From contig JAHQWK010000001.1 of NCBI GenBank assembly GCA_029856145.1, positions 256,001 through 320,000 on the forward strand: a stretch of DNA of 64,000 bases, read 5' to 3'. The position numbers and the translations under genes are program-made. Of this stretch, positions 40,912 to 50,962 are shown piece after piece (the first letter of the stretch is position 1; each line of letters begins with the position of its first letter). Source of the DNA: Promethearchaeia archaeon (GTDB lineage: Archaea; Asgardarchaeota; Lokiarchaeia; Sigyniarchaeales; SOKP01). Under the pieces are notes generated by a model that worked only from the letters and a program-made list of their open reading frames with translations, did not search any database and was not told where the DNA came from.

Positions 40912-41859
40912 TTATTTCCTTGTAACCTTTCTAACATTCTTAACTGTGTAACCCCAAAAATTATCTTTTACAAGTTTTCCACTTAAACTAATTTTATCTC
41001 CTTTTATGAAACTATTTTCATTTTGTAATTTTTCACTTATTCGTACTTTTAAATTTTCAACAGTATCGGTATCTTCTTCACGATAATCGCTTACTTTTTT
41101 TAATTTAGGCCCAAATTTGAGATTTTCAAGTGAAGTCATATAATATTTTGTTATATTTCCTTGAAATTCGGATTCCCTTTCAACAATTTCTGTAATAACC
41201 GCTTCATGTACAGTTATCGAAGAATTAAGATATTTCATTAGTTTCGCACCTGAAGATGACTCATCAATTAAAACTGCCATTCTTTGTTTCTCATCACTTT
41301 CCTCCCCCACTTGAGCTTCAGCAAGTTTGATTGTCTTAATTTTTTTTTCAAAATCATCAGGTAGAACTGTTAAAGTCCAATCATCAAGTTTAAACCAATT
41401 TTGCTTTAAAGAATAGATGAATCCAATCCAGAAATGACTACAAAACCCCATATTCGCCCCTATTCTGCAATCGCAGTCACGCTCAGGATTCCCTATATTT
41501 TTTGGATTAATCGATAAATAAGATTGTGCTTCCCAACTCCATCCTTTAAATTTTAACTCAATTTCATGCTTACTCGGATTTACAATCTTAATTTCAGCAA
41601 CACTCTCTCTATCTTCACCATTAATCTTCTTTATTGCTACTTCTATTCCATTAGATATTATTTCAATCTCTTTTTGCTGTAAGAGCTCTTTAAATTCTTC
41701 TTCTGCTAATGAATCAAGAATAAAATCGATTAACTCTGATTTCTTAAATTTTGAAAATCCTTTTATTTCAAAATCTCGACATATTTGTTTCAAATCATCA
41801 TTGTTTAAGTACTGCAAAAGATATTTCAAATAATTACTATCATCAATTTCTCTATTCAT
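40912..41859 (-). CDS. SAP/Rho-N-like + SWIM zinc finger + OB-fold-like protein
   Basis: LNNDDLKQICRDFEIKGFSKFKKSELIDFI; CDCRIGANMGFCSH (CxCxnCxH); beta-rich C-terminus KGDKISLSGKL. Confidence 0.7.
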   Translation of the reverse strand: MNREIDDSNYLKYLLQYLNNDDLKQICRDFEIKGFSKFKKSELIDFILDSLAEEEFKELLQQKEIEIISNGIEVAIKKINGEDRESVAEIKIVNPSKHEIELKFKGWSWEAQSYLSINPKNIGNPERDCDCRIGANMGFCSHFWIGFIYSLKQNWFKLDDWTLTVLPDDFEKKIKTIKLAEAQVGEESDEKQRMAVLIDESSSGAKLMKYLNSSITVHEAVITEIVERESEFQGNITKYYMTSLENLKFGPKLKKVSDYREEDTDTVENLKVRISEKLQNENSFIKGDKISLSGKLVKDNFWGYTVKNVRKVTRK

Positions 41860-42063
41860 TTTATGTCAAGCCCAATAAATTTAAAATGTGAATTCTCCAA
41901 GTATAATTTGAATTTATTGCTTATAATTATAACTGTTGAAAAAATTTTTTCATTCCATTATTATTAGAAAACCTAATTACAAAATAGCTGATATATAAAG
42001 AGAATCTTATAAAAAAGATAATTACACTAAATTCAAATTAAAATAAAGTAAAACTAAACGTTC

Positions 42064-42678
42064 CTATTTTGTCATTGTCCCCCTAGAAAGAAATGCGGTT
42101 AAATTATTAACAAGCTCCTCCTCTTCCGGTTCAAAATCACTCCGAATCCACCATGTAAAGACTCCAAGTACCGTAGATGTCCAAACTCTAGCTGAGATCT
42201 TAGGGTTTTGAGGTCGGGCTCCAAATTCTAATAACTTTATAATGATTTTTTCTACTTCTTTGGTAAAATTATCAATTATCTTATTTCTCTTCGCTCTATA
42301 TTTTGTGTTAATGCCTCCCATTTGCTCAAAAAAGATAAGAAACGTTTCCTTTTTTGCTTTAAATATTCTTGCATATCCTCGAAAAAGATTCTTAACGGCA
42401 TAGATTGGAGGAATTTTATTATCTTTAAAATAGACAAACAGTTCTTTAAATTTGCTTATCATGAGTTCAGCTATTCCGCTAATTATAACTTCGAATATTT
42501 CTTCTTTACTTTTAAAGTAATTATACAGGTTTCCCACGCTAGTATTAGCCCTTTTTGTTATATCTTTTATTCGGGTATTATTAAATCCTTTTTCTTCAAA
42601 AACAGAGAGAGCTGATATTATAAACAGATTTCTTTTTTCCTTCTTAATTATTTCAGACTTTTTTTTCCTTAGAGACAT
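42064..42678 (-). CDS. TetR/AcrR-family regulator
   Basis: FEEKGFNNTRIKDITKRANTSVGNLYNYFKSKEEIF. Confidence 0.93.
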   Translation of the reverse strand: MSLRKKKSEIIKKEKRNLFIISALSVFEEKGFNNTRIKDITKRANTSVGNLYNYFKSKEEIFEVIISGIAELMISKFKELFVYFKDNKIPPIYAVKNLFRGYARIFKAKKETFLIFFEQMGGINTKYRAKRNKIIDNFTKEVEKIIIKLLEFGARPQNPKISARVWTSTVLGVFTWWIRSDFEPEEEELVNNLTAFLSRGTMTK

Positions 42679-42966
42679 TTAGAGTCAACTCAAAAAAAAT
42701 TATTTAAAATTTATCCATCAAACAATTCATTAAAAAAGACTATACATTTTAAGAAAATATGCTAAAATTTATTACTTTTTAATTTTCAAATACCAATAGA
42801 TTTATTAAATTTATTAGAAATCTGGAAGTAAGTAAAGAATTGCTATTTAAGGAGACTAATAAAAACAAATTATGAAAAGCGGGAAAATGATGGGAATTTT
42901 TAAAAAGTGTTATTTTTATATCTTTTCTTTATTATTTCCTTGAATAATAAAGATAACAACTTAATA

Positions 42967-42990
42967 AATGAACGTTCATTCAGTGAATGA
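42967..42990. promoter_or_regulatory. Two overlapping palindromes, candidate TetR operator
   Basis: AATGAACGTTCATT (42967-42980) and TCATTCA-G-TGAATGA (42976-42990) in the divergent intergenic region. Confidence 0.55.
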
Positions 42991-43100
42991 GGATTCGGTA
43001 AAAAACAAGAAATTTTCACCATTGCAAGTGTAGGAAAAGATTTATATAGTAAATTATCTTCTCTTTATAAAAGCAATTATTTAATTAATTAAAAAAACAT

Positions 43101-43337
43101 TTGAATAAAACAAAACAAAATAATGGTGATTACTACTCTATGATTGAAATATTGAAATATTTTGGTGAAATTAAATTTGCAGAACATAATAGTCTAGCAA
43201 TTAATGATTTTGAACTTGCCTTAAAGAAATATTTTTCCGGGAAGTCAAAATTACCCCGTGGACGTTATAAATTCGGTGAAATTGACAATTCATCAGTAAA
43301 GGATTTTACAAAATCATTTATGAATTATTTCGAATAA
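43101..43337 (+). CDS. Small hypothetical protein (start may be ATG at 43140)
   Basis: Protein-like ORF; GGTGA upstream of the internal ATG. Confidence 0.55.
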   Translation: MNKTKQNNGDYYSMIEILKYFGEIKFAEHNSLAINDFELALKKYFSGKSKLPRGRYKFGEIDNSSVKDFTKSFMNYFE

Positions 43338-43454
43338 ATAAATTAACGAATTATTGGTTATATATTTTCTAATTTTTATCCTATTTTTATGGTATTGTTC
43401 TTTTTATAATCAAATTTCATTAAATATTAAATAACTTTTTACATTCCAACAACT

Positions 43455-44294
43455 ATGGCAATCCTAAATAAAATAGAAGAAGTGTTTATTGAAACCAATG
43501 GGATAAAACTTCATACTATAATTGTTGGATCTGGAGAACCTTTGATTTTGTTACATGGCTTTCCAGAATTCTGGTATTGTTGGTCAAAAGTAATTCCACT
43601 ACTTAAGGATGATTTCAAATTAATAATCCCGGATATGAGAGGGTATAATTTATCTGACAAACCGAAGGGTGTGGAAAACTATAAAATAGAAATTCTTGTA
43701 GAAGATATTAAAGGATTAAGCGAAAAATTGGGACTAGGAAAGTTTAATCTTGCGGGACATGATTGGGGCGGAGCTGTAGCCTGGATTTTTGCCGAAAAAT
43801 ATCCGGAGCTATTAAATAAGTTGATTATATTAAATTCTCCTCATCATAAAGTTTTCTCTCAAAAATTAAGAACAGATAAAGAACAGCAAAAAGCAAGTTT
43901 CTATATTTTTGAGTTTTATAAACCTAATGGAGAGAAGTTTATAATTGAAAATAACTATGAACAATTGAGAAAATTTGTCTTTACAAAAAACTTTAGTGAT
44001 TTTGATAAGGAAAAATACATTGAAGCGTGGTCTCAACCTGGAGCAATAGAAGGAGAAGTGAATTATTATAGGGCAAATCGTAGTTTCAAAGAATGGACAG
44101 GAATCATTGAAGTTCCTACCTTAGTACTTTGGGGAATGAAAGATTTATTTTTAACTCCTCAATTATTAGATGGATTGTCCGACTATATTAAGGACTTACG
44201 AATAGAAAGGAACGAAGAATCTTCCCATTGGATAACTCATGATGTTCCGGAATTTGTATCTTCTAAAACTCGAGAATTCATTCAAAGTGAATAG
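43455..44294 (+). CDS. Alpha/beta hydrolase, epoxide hydrolase-like
   Basis: HGFPEFW, GHDWGG, NYYRA, SHW. Confidence 0.92.
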   Translation: MAILNKIEEVFIETNGIKLHTIIVGSGEPLILLHGFPEFWYCWSKVIPLLKDDFKLIIPDMRGYNLSDKPKGVENYKIEILVEDIKGLSEKLGLGKFNLAGHDWGGAVAWIFAEKYPELLNKLIILNSPHHKVFSQKLRTDKEQQKASFYIFEFYKPNGEKFIIENNYEQLRKFVFTKNFSDFDKEKYIEAWSQPGAIEGEVNYYRANRSFKEWTGIIEVPTLVLWGMKDLFLTPQLLDGLSDYIKDLRIERNEESSHWITHDVPEFVSSKTREFIQSE

Positions 44295-44510
44295 TCTTAA
44301 AGGAAAACTTTTTATTTATACTTTAAATATCTTTTATGCAAGTTCTTCTTAAAATAGTAAAATATCTTGAAATAATATCTTATTTTGAATATTATGGATT
44401 AAAATCAATAAATTTATAAGGCTCATTGATTGGTTATAATATAATAATCTTTGAAAAAAGTTTATTTCTTACCTTGAATTTTATCAATTATAAAAACTAA
44501 CTTTTAAAAG

Positions 44511-44969
44511 ATGGAAGAAGACAACAAACAATTATCTTGGGCTGCAAAACTCGATTGGTTAAATATATTATCAATGCTAAATCTTGAGAGTATAAGTCAG
44601 ATTCCAAAATTCAAAAAGGAGAAGGCACTTAAAAGGATTACTAAGTTCTATAGTCCAGAAGCACTTTTAGAATTTGAACCAGACTATTTAGATAAGCTTG
44701 TAGTAAATGAATTACAGGAATTAATGAAAAAAGAATTACTTTTGAATGAAAGAAAACAAGAGAGAATGGAGAAAGAACTTCGCGATAAAATAATACCATT
44801 AAAAAGTGGTGGTATCATAAAAATAGATCCTCGAGATCTCAAAGATTTTAAGGGTAATCCAGAGGATATGTTAAAATATTTTTATAAGAAATTTCTCGGA
44901 AAAGATGACGATGACAAAGATGATGACAATGATAATTACAAGGAAGACAATACTCACTACTATATTTAA
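44511..44969 (+). CDS. Hypothetical helical protein with Asp-rich tail
   Basis: 152-aa ORF ending KDDDDKDDDNDNYKEDNTHYYI. Confidence 0.75.
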   Translation: MEEDNKQLSWAAKLDWLNILSMLNLESISQIPKFKKEKALKRITKFYSPEALLEFEPDYLDKLVVNELQELMKKELLLNERKQERMEKELRDKIIPLKSGGIIKIDPRDLKDFKGNPEDMLKYFYKKFLGKDDDDKDDDNDNYKEDNTHYYI

Positions 44970-45049
44970 AATATTGTTTTAGATTTAACTCCTTACTTTA
45001 TATTGAATGTATAAAACTACTTATCATAAGGAATATGATCTTCGATTTT

Positions 45050-46663
45050 TTAAATGATTTTAGTTTTTAAAAACCGTAAATTTGTCTTTTTAACTTTTCG
45101 GTATATTAAAAATATTATAATATATCCCATAGTTGACCAAAGTATCCAAGATAAAGCTTGATAAGCATTTATATTTAAAATATAATTAATAAAATCCTCT
45201 AAAACGTAAAATCCAAAATCATTCAAATCACCTGGGAAATCTACTACTTTGGGATTAAGAACAATAGCAATTACTTGATGAGTATTTTTATTTAATGTTT
45301 CAAAAATATTTGTTATGGTTAAATTTGTTGGATCATCCAGCCTCATTTTAATGAAAGTATTTAAATCTTCATTTGTATGGATATCCGATCCTCCTATACA
45401 TGTTAGATTATTATCAAGACAAAACTGTCGTATTTGTAAATATTTCCCCAAATAACTTCCTCCGTTAACAATCTCAAATCCATCAACACCCCAATCTCTT
45501 AATTGAGTCAATGTATATGGAGCACCAAAACCACTTTTGGGATTAGGTTCATAATTATAATGATTGACCGTAATATATCCTCCATTTGCTTTTACATAGC
45601 TTATTGTATCTGAGGCGTTCAAGGCTATAGGTCCACCTGGAGTGTATGATTGAAGGGGTACAATTTCTTCAGCAAGGCCAAAATAATTCATATGGAGTTT
45701 AGGTTTTATTGCGTTATTAGTCCATTCTTCCGCTATTAGAACCACAAAATCTAAATTATTATCCTCAACATATTTTAGAGCCATTGTAGCACCTCTAATA
45801 TTGTCATGATCAGAAAAAGCAGCACCCGAAATTCCTTGCTTTATATACCAGTCAATTCTTTCTTCAACAGTTAACCAACCATCGCTAAAGGTAGTGTGAA
45901 CGTGGAAATCGAATAAAAACTCGTCATCTTCGAGTGGTATTGCCGGGATTATTTCATGAGTGGGAAAAGGAGTAGATATAAGCACAATATTGGCACTGAG
46001 TAGTATCACACCGATTCCAATATAATACACAGTTTCTCGCTTTATAGCTTGTTTTTTTGACTTTCTTTTTGGTTTTCGGTTTAATAATTTCCTAGATAAG
46101 TTAAGCGACAGTTTTGGATGAAAAAATTTGAGAATAGTGTACCCAATCTTGATGAAAATGAGAATCATACTTAAATGAACCGCTATTTGAACTGGTACCA
46201 TAAAATATCTACTCACAAAAAAATAGCCTTGAGCAATAAATCCAACAAGGATATAAATCCCAACTGTCAAAATAGAAAGACTCAACACTTTAAAAGAAAA
46301 ATAAATGATATCTGCTATTGGGTAAGTAATATATCTATATTTATCTGAACTAAACATCCCCCTTTTCTTTAAATACAAATAGATTCCTCTTAGAATTGGA
46401 TAAAATATTAAGAAAAGAAACATCCATGTGAATTCCATTTCTAAAATGTAAGCAAGTACATAAAAAGGCTCGACAAAATATCTCAGTAACGACAATTTAC
46501 TTGAGTATTCTGATGAAACATCAACTTGTCCAAGAGCATCATAGAATATTACCGTTCTTTGTCCAAAAATAGATAAAATTACAAGGAAAACAAGCCACAT
46601 TAGGAAAGCAATAGAAAGAATCGTGAAAAATTTATTTTTTTTTATTAAAGATTGAATCTTCAT
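45050..46663 (-). CDS. Membrane-embedded PHP-domain phosphoesterase
   Basis: About 5 N-terminal TM; DFHVHTTFSDG, SDHD, EEW, HMN, NH, GGSDIH; C-terminal TM. Confidence 0.88.
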   Translation of the reverse strand: MKIQSLIKKNKFFTILSIAFLMWLVFLVILSIFGQRTVIFYDALGQVDVSSEYSSKLSLLRYFVEPFYVLAYILEMEFTWMFLFLIFYPILRGIYLYLKKRGMFSSDKYRYITYPIADIIYFSFKVLSLSILTVGIYILVGFIAQGYFFVSRYFMVPVQIAVHLSMILIFIKIGYTILKFFHPKLSLNLSRKLLNRKPKRKSKKQAIKRETVYYIGIGVILLSANIVLISTPFPTHEIIPAIPLEDDEFLFDFHVHTTFSDGWLTVEERIDWYIKQGISGAAFSDHDNIRGATMALKYVEDNNLDFVVLIAEEWTNNAIKPKLHMNYFGLAEEIVPLQSYTPGGPIALNASDTISYVKANGGYITVNHYNYEPNPKSGFGAPYTLTQLRDWGVDGFEIVNGGSYLGKYLQIRQFCLDNNLTCIGGSDIHTNEDLNTFIKMRLDDPTNLTITNIFETLNKNTHQVIAIVLNPKVVDFPGDLNDFGFYVLEDFINYILNINAYQALSWILWSTMGYIIIFLIYRKVKKTNLRFLKTKII

Positions 46664-46732
46664 AATAGGTATTTTAATTGAATTTACTAATAAACTTTTT
46701 AAAAAAAGTAATTATAATCCAATCAAAAATTT

Positions 46733-47923
46733 TTAGGTTAATATATAATTATCTAAAGTTTTAAGTGATTTCACAAATTTTTGATAAATTCTGACATCTA
46801 CAATAGGCAATATTTCACAAATCTTTATTCTTAGGTCTTTTTCGTTAATTCGACATAATTTTGAGGGCTCTATCCCTTTTAAGATCAAGTATAATATTGG
46901 CATTTGAGGAGTAGATGGATGAAAATCATAATTTAGATATCTTACTGAGGATTTTAATTTATCAATTATGAATTTTTCAATTTCATGCTTATTTCTCATT
47001 TCAAAATTGATATAAATTGTTTCCCATAAATATTTTCGGTTTACTAATTGAATTATTTCGACTTTTTTTACAAATCTATCAAACCTTCTTGAAATTTCTA
47101 CTAAAAAAACACCTCGTTTATAGGAATTATCCATTGAACATACAGCTTCTGAAGAACCCGGGTTATAGATCCAATCTTCTAGTATAAATTGTTTATGAAA
47201 ATGACCTAAAGCTAAATAATCTATTCGATGTCGTAGGGGTTGAATATATTCTAATTTAATACCTGGAACATTATCCATCTGACCTTCAATGCCAAAATGC
47301 TGCAAAAGAATGTTAAATAGTTCACTTTTTTTAATTATCGCCTTTCTTATATTTGAAAGAAAAGAAATTGGTTGTTCCCCAAGGTAACGAGTACCATAAA
47401 TCACTATATTTTTGATTTGTATTTTTCCACCTTTATTAATATCAAAATTATAGGGTTCGAAGATTTCTTCTTGGGGTGCTTCTAAATCAGCATCAAGGAG
47501 GATTATCAATCCTAAGCTATTTAAAAGTTTTAACCATGACTGACCTCGTCGTTCGAATCTGATTCCCCTTGAAAATTTTCGGATATCATGATTACCCTCT
47601 ATTGCTATAATTAGAATTGATCCATTTGTAAATTCTTTGAAATCTCTCAATATGTCAACAATTTTAGTTAGATTTCCAGGGAGCATTTCTAGAGAGGTAA
47701 ATACATCACCACCCAGTATAATAAAATTAACATAATGCTTAATTGCTAATTCCAATATTTCTTGAAATGCTCGAATAAAATCATCTGACCGGAATTCATT
47801 TCTATACTGATGACTTCCCAAATGGATATCGCTTGCATGAATGAATCGGGTAACAATTTGAGTATTAGTAGATTTATTATGAAAATTCTCAAATTTAGCT
47901 TTAAATTGATTATTTGAAATCAT
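46733..47923 (-). CDS. mre11: Mre11/SbcD-like metallophosphoesterase nuclease
   Basis: HASDIHLG, GGDVF, EGNHD, YLALGHFH, YNPGS. Confidence 0.85.
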   Translation of the reverse strand: MISNNQFKAKFENFHNKSTNTQIVTRFIHASDIHLGSHQYRNEFRSDDFIRAFQEILELAIKHYVNFIILGGDVFTSLEMLPGNLTKIVDILRDFKEFTNGSILIIAIEGNHDIRKFSRGIRFERRGQSWLKLLNSLGLIILLDADLEAPQEEIFEPYNFDINKGGKIQIKNIVIYGTRYLGEQPISFLSNIRKAIIKKSELFNILLQHFGIEGQMDNVPGIKLEYIQPLRHRIDYLALGHFHKQFILEDWIYNPGSSEAVCSMDNSYKRGVFLVEISRRFDRFVKKVEIIQLVNRKYLWETIYINFEMRNKHEIEKFIIDKLKSSVRYLNYDFHPSTPQMPILYLILKGIEPSKLCRINEKDLRIKICEILPIVDVRIYQKFVKSLKTLDNYILT

Positions 47924-48075
47924 TTGTTTATAATATTAGATTTAAAATCGAAATAATATGTTATTTATTTTATTCAAATTTTTAAATGATAAAAGCCTGA
48001 AGATGTAGTGAAAAAAACACAATCTGATAAAATTAGTTAAAAATTTAATTATGTGAAAATAAACCTACTATAATA

Positions 48076-48645
48076 ATGCTAGAGAAAAATGTTAAATATG
48101 AACAAGGGGTAATTCATGGTAGATTCCAAGTATTGCATAATGATCATATCAAATATCTCTTAGCAGGTAAACAATTATGCAGGCATCTCGTAGTAGGTAT
48201 TACTAATCCTGATCCTTCCTTGACAAGAGATTCAGAAGCAAATCCCCATAGAAGCTCTCCAATAGCTAATCCATTAACTTACTACGAACGCTATTTAATG
48301 GTACAAGCAGCACTATTAGAGCAAGGCTTAAAATATTCGGAATTTTCTATTGTTCCTTTCCCTATCAACGTTCCAGAATTACTTAAATATTACATTCCGA
48401 TAGATGCTGTTTTCTTTCTAACAATTTATGATGACTGGGGTAGACAAAAAAAACAATATTTTGAATCTTTAGGATTAAAAATTCATGTCTTATGGGAAGT
48501 AACACTCGAGAATAAAGGACTTAGCTCAAATGATATTCGTGAAGATATGATTAAGGATAAACAATGGGAACAGTATGTACCTATAAGTGTGGCAAAACTC
48601 ATGAAAGATTGGGATATTATTAAGAGAATTAAAAAATTCAGTTGA
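48076..48645 (+). CDS. HIGH-class nucleotidyltransferase (NMN/NaMN adenylyltransferase-like)
   Basis: HGRFQVLHNDH, NPLTYYER, SSNDIR, VP. Confidence 0.85.
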   Translation: MLEKNVKYEQGVIHGRFQVLHNDHIKYLLAGKQLCRHLVVGITNPDPSLTRDSEANPHRSSPIANPLTYYERYLMVQAALLEQGLKYSEFSIVPFPINVPELLKYYIPIDAVFFLTIYDDWGRQKKQYFESLGLKIHVLWEVTLENKGLSSNDIREDMIKDKQWEQYVPISVAKLMKDWDIIKRIKKFS

Positions 48646-48752
48646 GAAAATTGGAGAAAAAAAAACTATGAACTTTCGGCATATTTTAAGGCCAAATATA
48701 GGTAATAACAAATAATTATTAATATAACTCTGACTATATAACTATTTAATTA

Positions 48753-49520
48753 TTGGTTTTTGGTGGATACATAATCACTTTATTTATAATTAATCTTGAT
48801 AGAATTCTTGTAATTTACTTAACTCAAGGAATATTGGTAATCTTTTTTTCATTGCTAGCGTATCGAATATTAAAAAGAAAAAGACAACGATTAAACCTAA
48901 TTTTCAGTCTATTCTTTATATGTACAATTATCGGCACTATTTTTAATATGATTTATGCTCCTTTAGATCCAATACAACATGAACCAATTATCAAAATTCT
49001 TAATTTTTTCGCTAATTTCTTTGTTTTTTTTGCTCCAATCTTTATGGTCATTGTTAATTTTATTATATTAGAATCAACTCTAATATTCTCGGTAAAAAGG
49101 CAAAACAGGTATATTTTCTTTTATGGATTTTTAATTTTCTCCGGAATGTTAATATTAATCTTAATACCAGATCCACTAAACATTTTAGGAGTTGCAATTA
49201 CAGATGAGGGAAGACCAGAATGGGGTATAGTTTTTTTCATTTACATGGTTTCAATGCTTACGGGTTTTACATTCATCCCTATCTTTCGCACATCTTTAAA
49301 GATATACAATAGTTTAGAAACAAAAGAATTAAAGAAGAAATGGGTATACTATTTTATTGGTACTTTAGGAGTATTTAGTTGGGGTTATTTTATTTTTATA
49401 ACGAATTACTTTGGACATTATTTCGCCATCTTAAGGTCAATTTCATCAATATATGGAATTTCAATTATTATCTGGGTCTGTTTGATGTATTATGGAATTG
49501 GGTTTAAGTTAAAAAATTAA
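48753..49520 (+). CDS. Stand-alone 7TM receptor-like membrane protein, copy 1
   Basis: Seven hydrophobic segments by eye; paralogue of 50963-51724 (KRKRQRLN, ILESTLI.SVKRQNRY, MYYGIG). Confidence 0.75.
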   Translation: MVFGGYIITLFIINLDRILVIYLTQGILVIFFSLLAYRILKRKRQRLNLIFSLFFICTIIGTIFNMIYAPLDPIQHEPIIKILNFFANFFVFFAPIFMVIVNFIILESTLIFSVKRQNRYIFFYGFLIFSGMLILILIPDPLNILGVAITDEGRPEWGIVFFIYMVSMLTGFTFIPIFRTSLKIYNSLETKELKKKWVYYFIGTLGVFSWGYFIFITNYFGHYFAILRSISSIYGISIIIWVCLMYYGIGFKLKN

Positions 49521-49612
49521 TCGGATTCTATACAAGCTTGTCTTTTTGATATCAATAGTTTGCTTTTTAAATTCAGTTATTCTGAATATAAAATTTACTG
49601 ATAAGATTTCTA

Positions 49613-49630
49613 TTTTTTCACGGGACAAAT
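49613..49630 (+). promoter_or_regulatory. Degenerate palindrome TTTTTTCACGGGACAAAT upstream of GNAT copy 1
   Basis: Same position relative to TAGAAAA and a TATA-like box as the perfect copy at 51800. Confidence 0.5.
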
Positions 49631-49695
49631 TAGAAAAATATTAAATATGAAAAGAATTAAACAATAAATGAAAAACTGCTAACAATAGGGAAATT

Positions 49696-50799
49696 ATGCA
49701 AACAACTAGTGAAAATTATTTATTAGACCAAGAAAAACATACTTATTTTCATAGATTTATTGCAAAAAATGGAGAAGAATTTGGATTAAGATTTGGAACT
49801 CCTCGTGATGCAAAAGCTCTTTCTATGATTTTTAAAGAGGTATATGGCTATAAATATGCGTATCCTATCGTTTATGATATAAATCATCTAAAAAGGGAAC
49901 TATCAAACAAAAATAAATTTTGGATTGTAGGTGAATTAACAAATAATCATGAAATTGCTGGTTTTGGATTAATAGAAAAAAAAAGATATATTGCTCATGC
50001 TAGCCAAGCTGTTGCAAAGAAAAAATTTCATGGTTTAGGAATTTTAGCAAAACTTGGTGCGGCCGGTGTGATATATGTTATAAAGATGCCTCAATTCAAA
50101 GATGTGCTAAGACTTGATGGAGAAACTCGAGGATTGAAAATTGGCGCACAAAATCTTATTCGAAATGCAGGGGCGTTTCCTTATGGGTTAATTCCTGCAT
50201 ACATTAATTATGGAGACAAGAGGAAATTTAAAATTGATGAAACGACACCAGTCCCACCACTAAAAGAAGAAGCTGCGTTTCTTTATTCAATTATATTTAA
50301 TAAATTATGGCGTAAAAGAGATAAAAACGTCTATTTATTAAATAATGGGGATTTCATCTTTTTTTATAATTACGTTAAAAAAATGTCTAATAAAATGAAA
50401 AAAGACCGTCTGAATTTAGAAAGGGGTAAGAAAGATAAAGGGTATGAACTTTATGGGTTTTCCAAGGATCTCTATGAAGGGAGAGTGAGTTTGTATGGAT
50501 ATATTAAAGAAAAATCATTGAATAATTTGCTTAAAACTTATCACAATTGGAGAATTTTAGTATGGAGAATCCCTACCACTCAAAATGGGATACATTCAAT
50601 GTCCCTTGCTCTTGAAAAAGGATTTAATATAGTTGGATATGATATAGGTTTTAATAATATAAATTGGACTTTATTTGATTCAGTTATACTCGCATACTAT
50701 CCCAACGGGGGCTCTCACGTTTTAAAAGTAAAATGTATGGATGAGAATAGACCTCTTCTTAATAAGATTAGAGAAATATTTTTTTCTCGTGTCAATTGA
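49696..50799 (+). CDS. GNAT-fold acyltransferase-like protein, copy 1
   Basis: GLRFGTPRDAKALSMIFKEVYGYKY, motif A KKFHGLGILAKL; paralogue of 51885-52982. Confidence 0.7.
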   Translation: MQTTSENYLLDQEKHTYFHRFIAKNGEEFGLRFGTPRDAKALSMIFKEVYGYKYAYPIVYDINHLKRELSNKNKFWIVGELTNNHEIAGFGLIEKKRYIAHASQAVAKKKFHGLGILAKLGAAGVIYVIKMPQFKDVLRLDGETRGLKIGAQNLIRNAGAFPYGLIPAYINYGDKRKFKIDETTPVPPLKEEAAFLYSIIFNKLWRKRDKNVYLLNNGDFIFFYNYVKKMSNKMKKDRLNLERGKKDKGYELYGFSKDLYEGRVSLYGYIKEKSLNNLLKTYHNWRILVWRIPTTQNGIHSMSLALEKGFNIVGYDIGFNNINWTLFDSVILAYYPNGGSHVLKVKCMDENRPLLNKIREIFFSRVN

Positions 50800-50962
50800 T
50801 TACGCCTTTAATTTACTTAATCATTAAAATTTCTGTTATATATAATTATAGCGATTTTTTGAATTAAAATTTGGTTAAATATTTGTTATTAAAGCGATTA
50901 GAATATAGTTATATATTTATGAGCAAATATTATACTACCTATAAAAATTAATAATAATCTTA

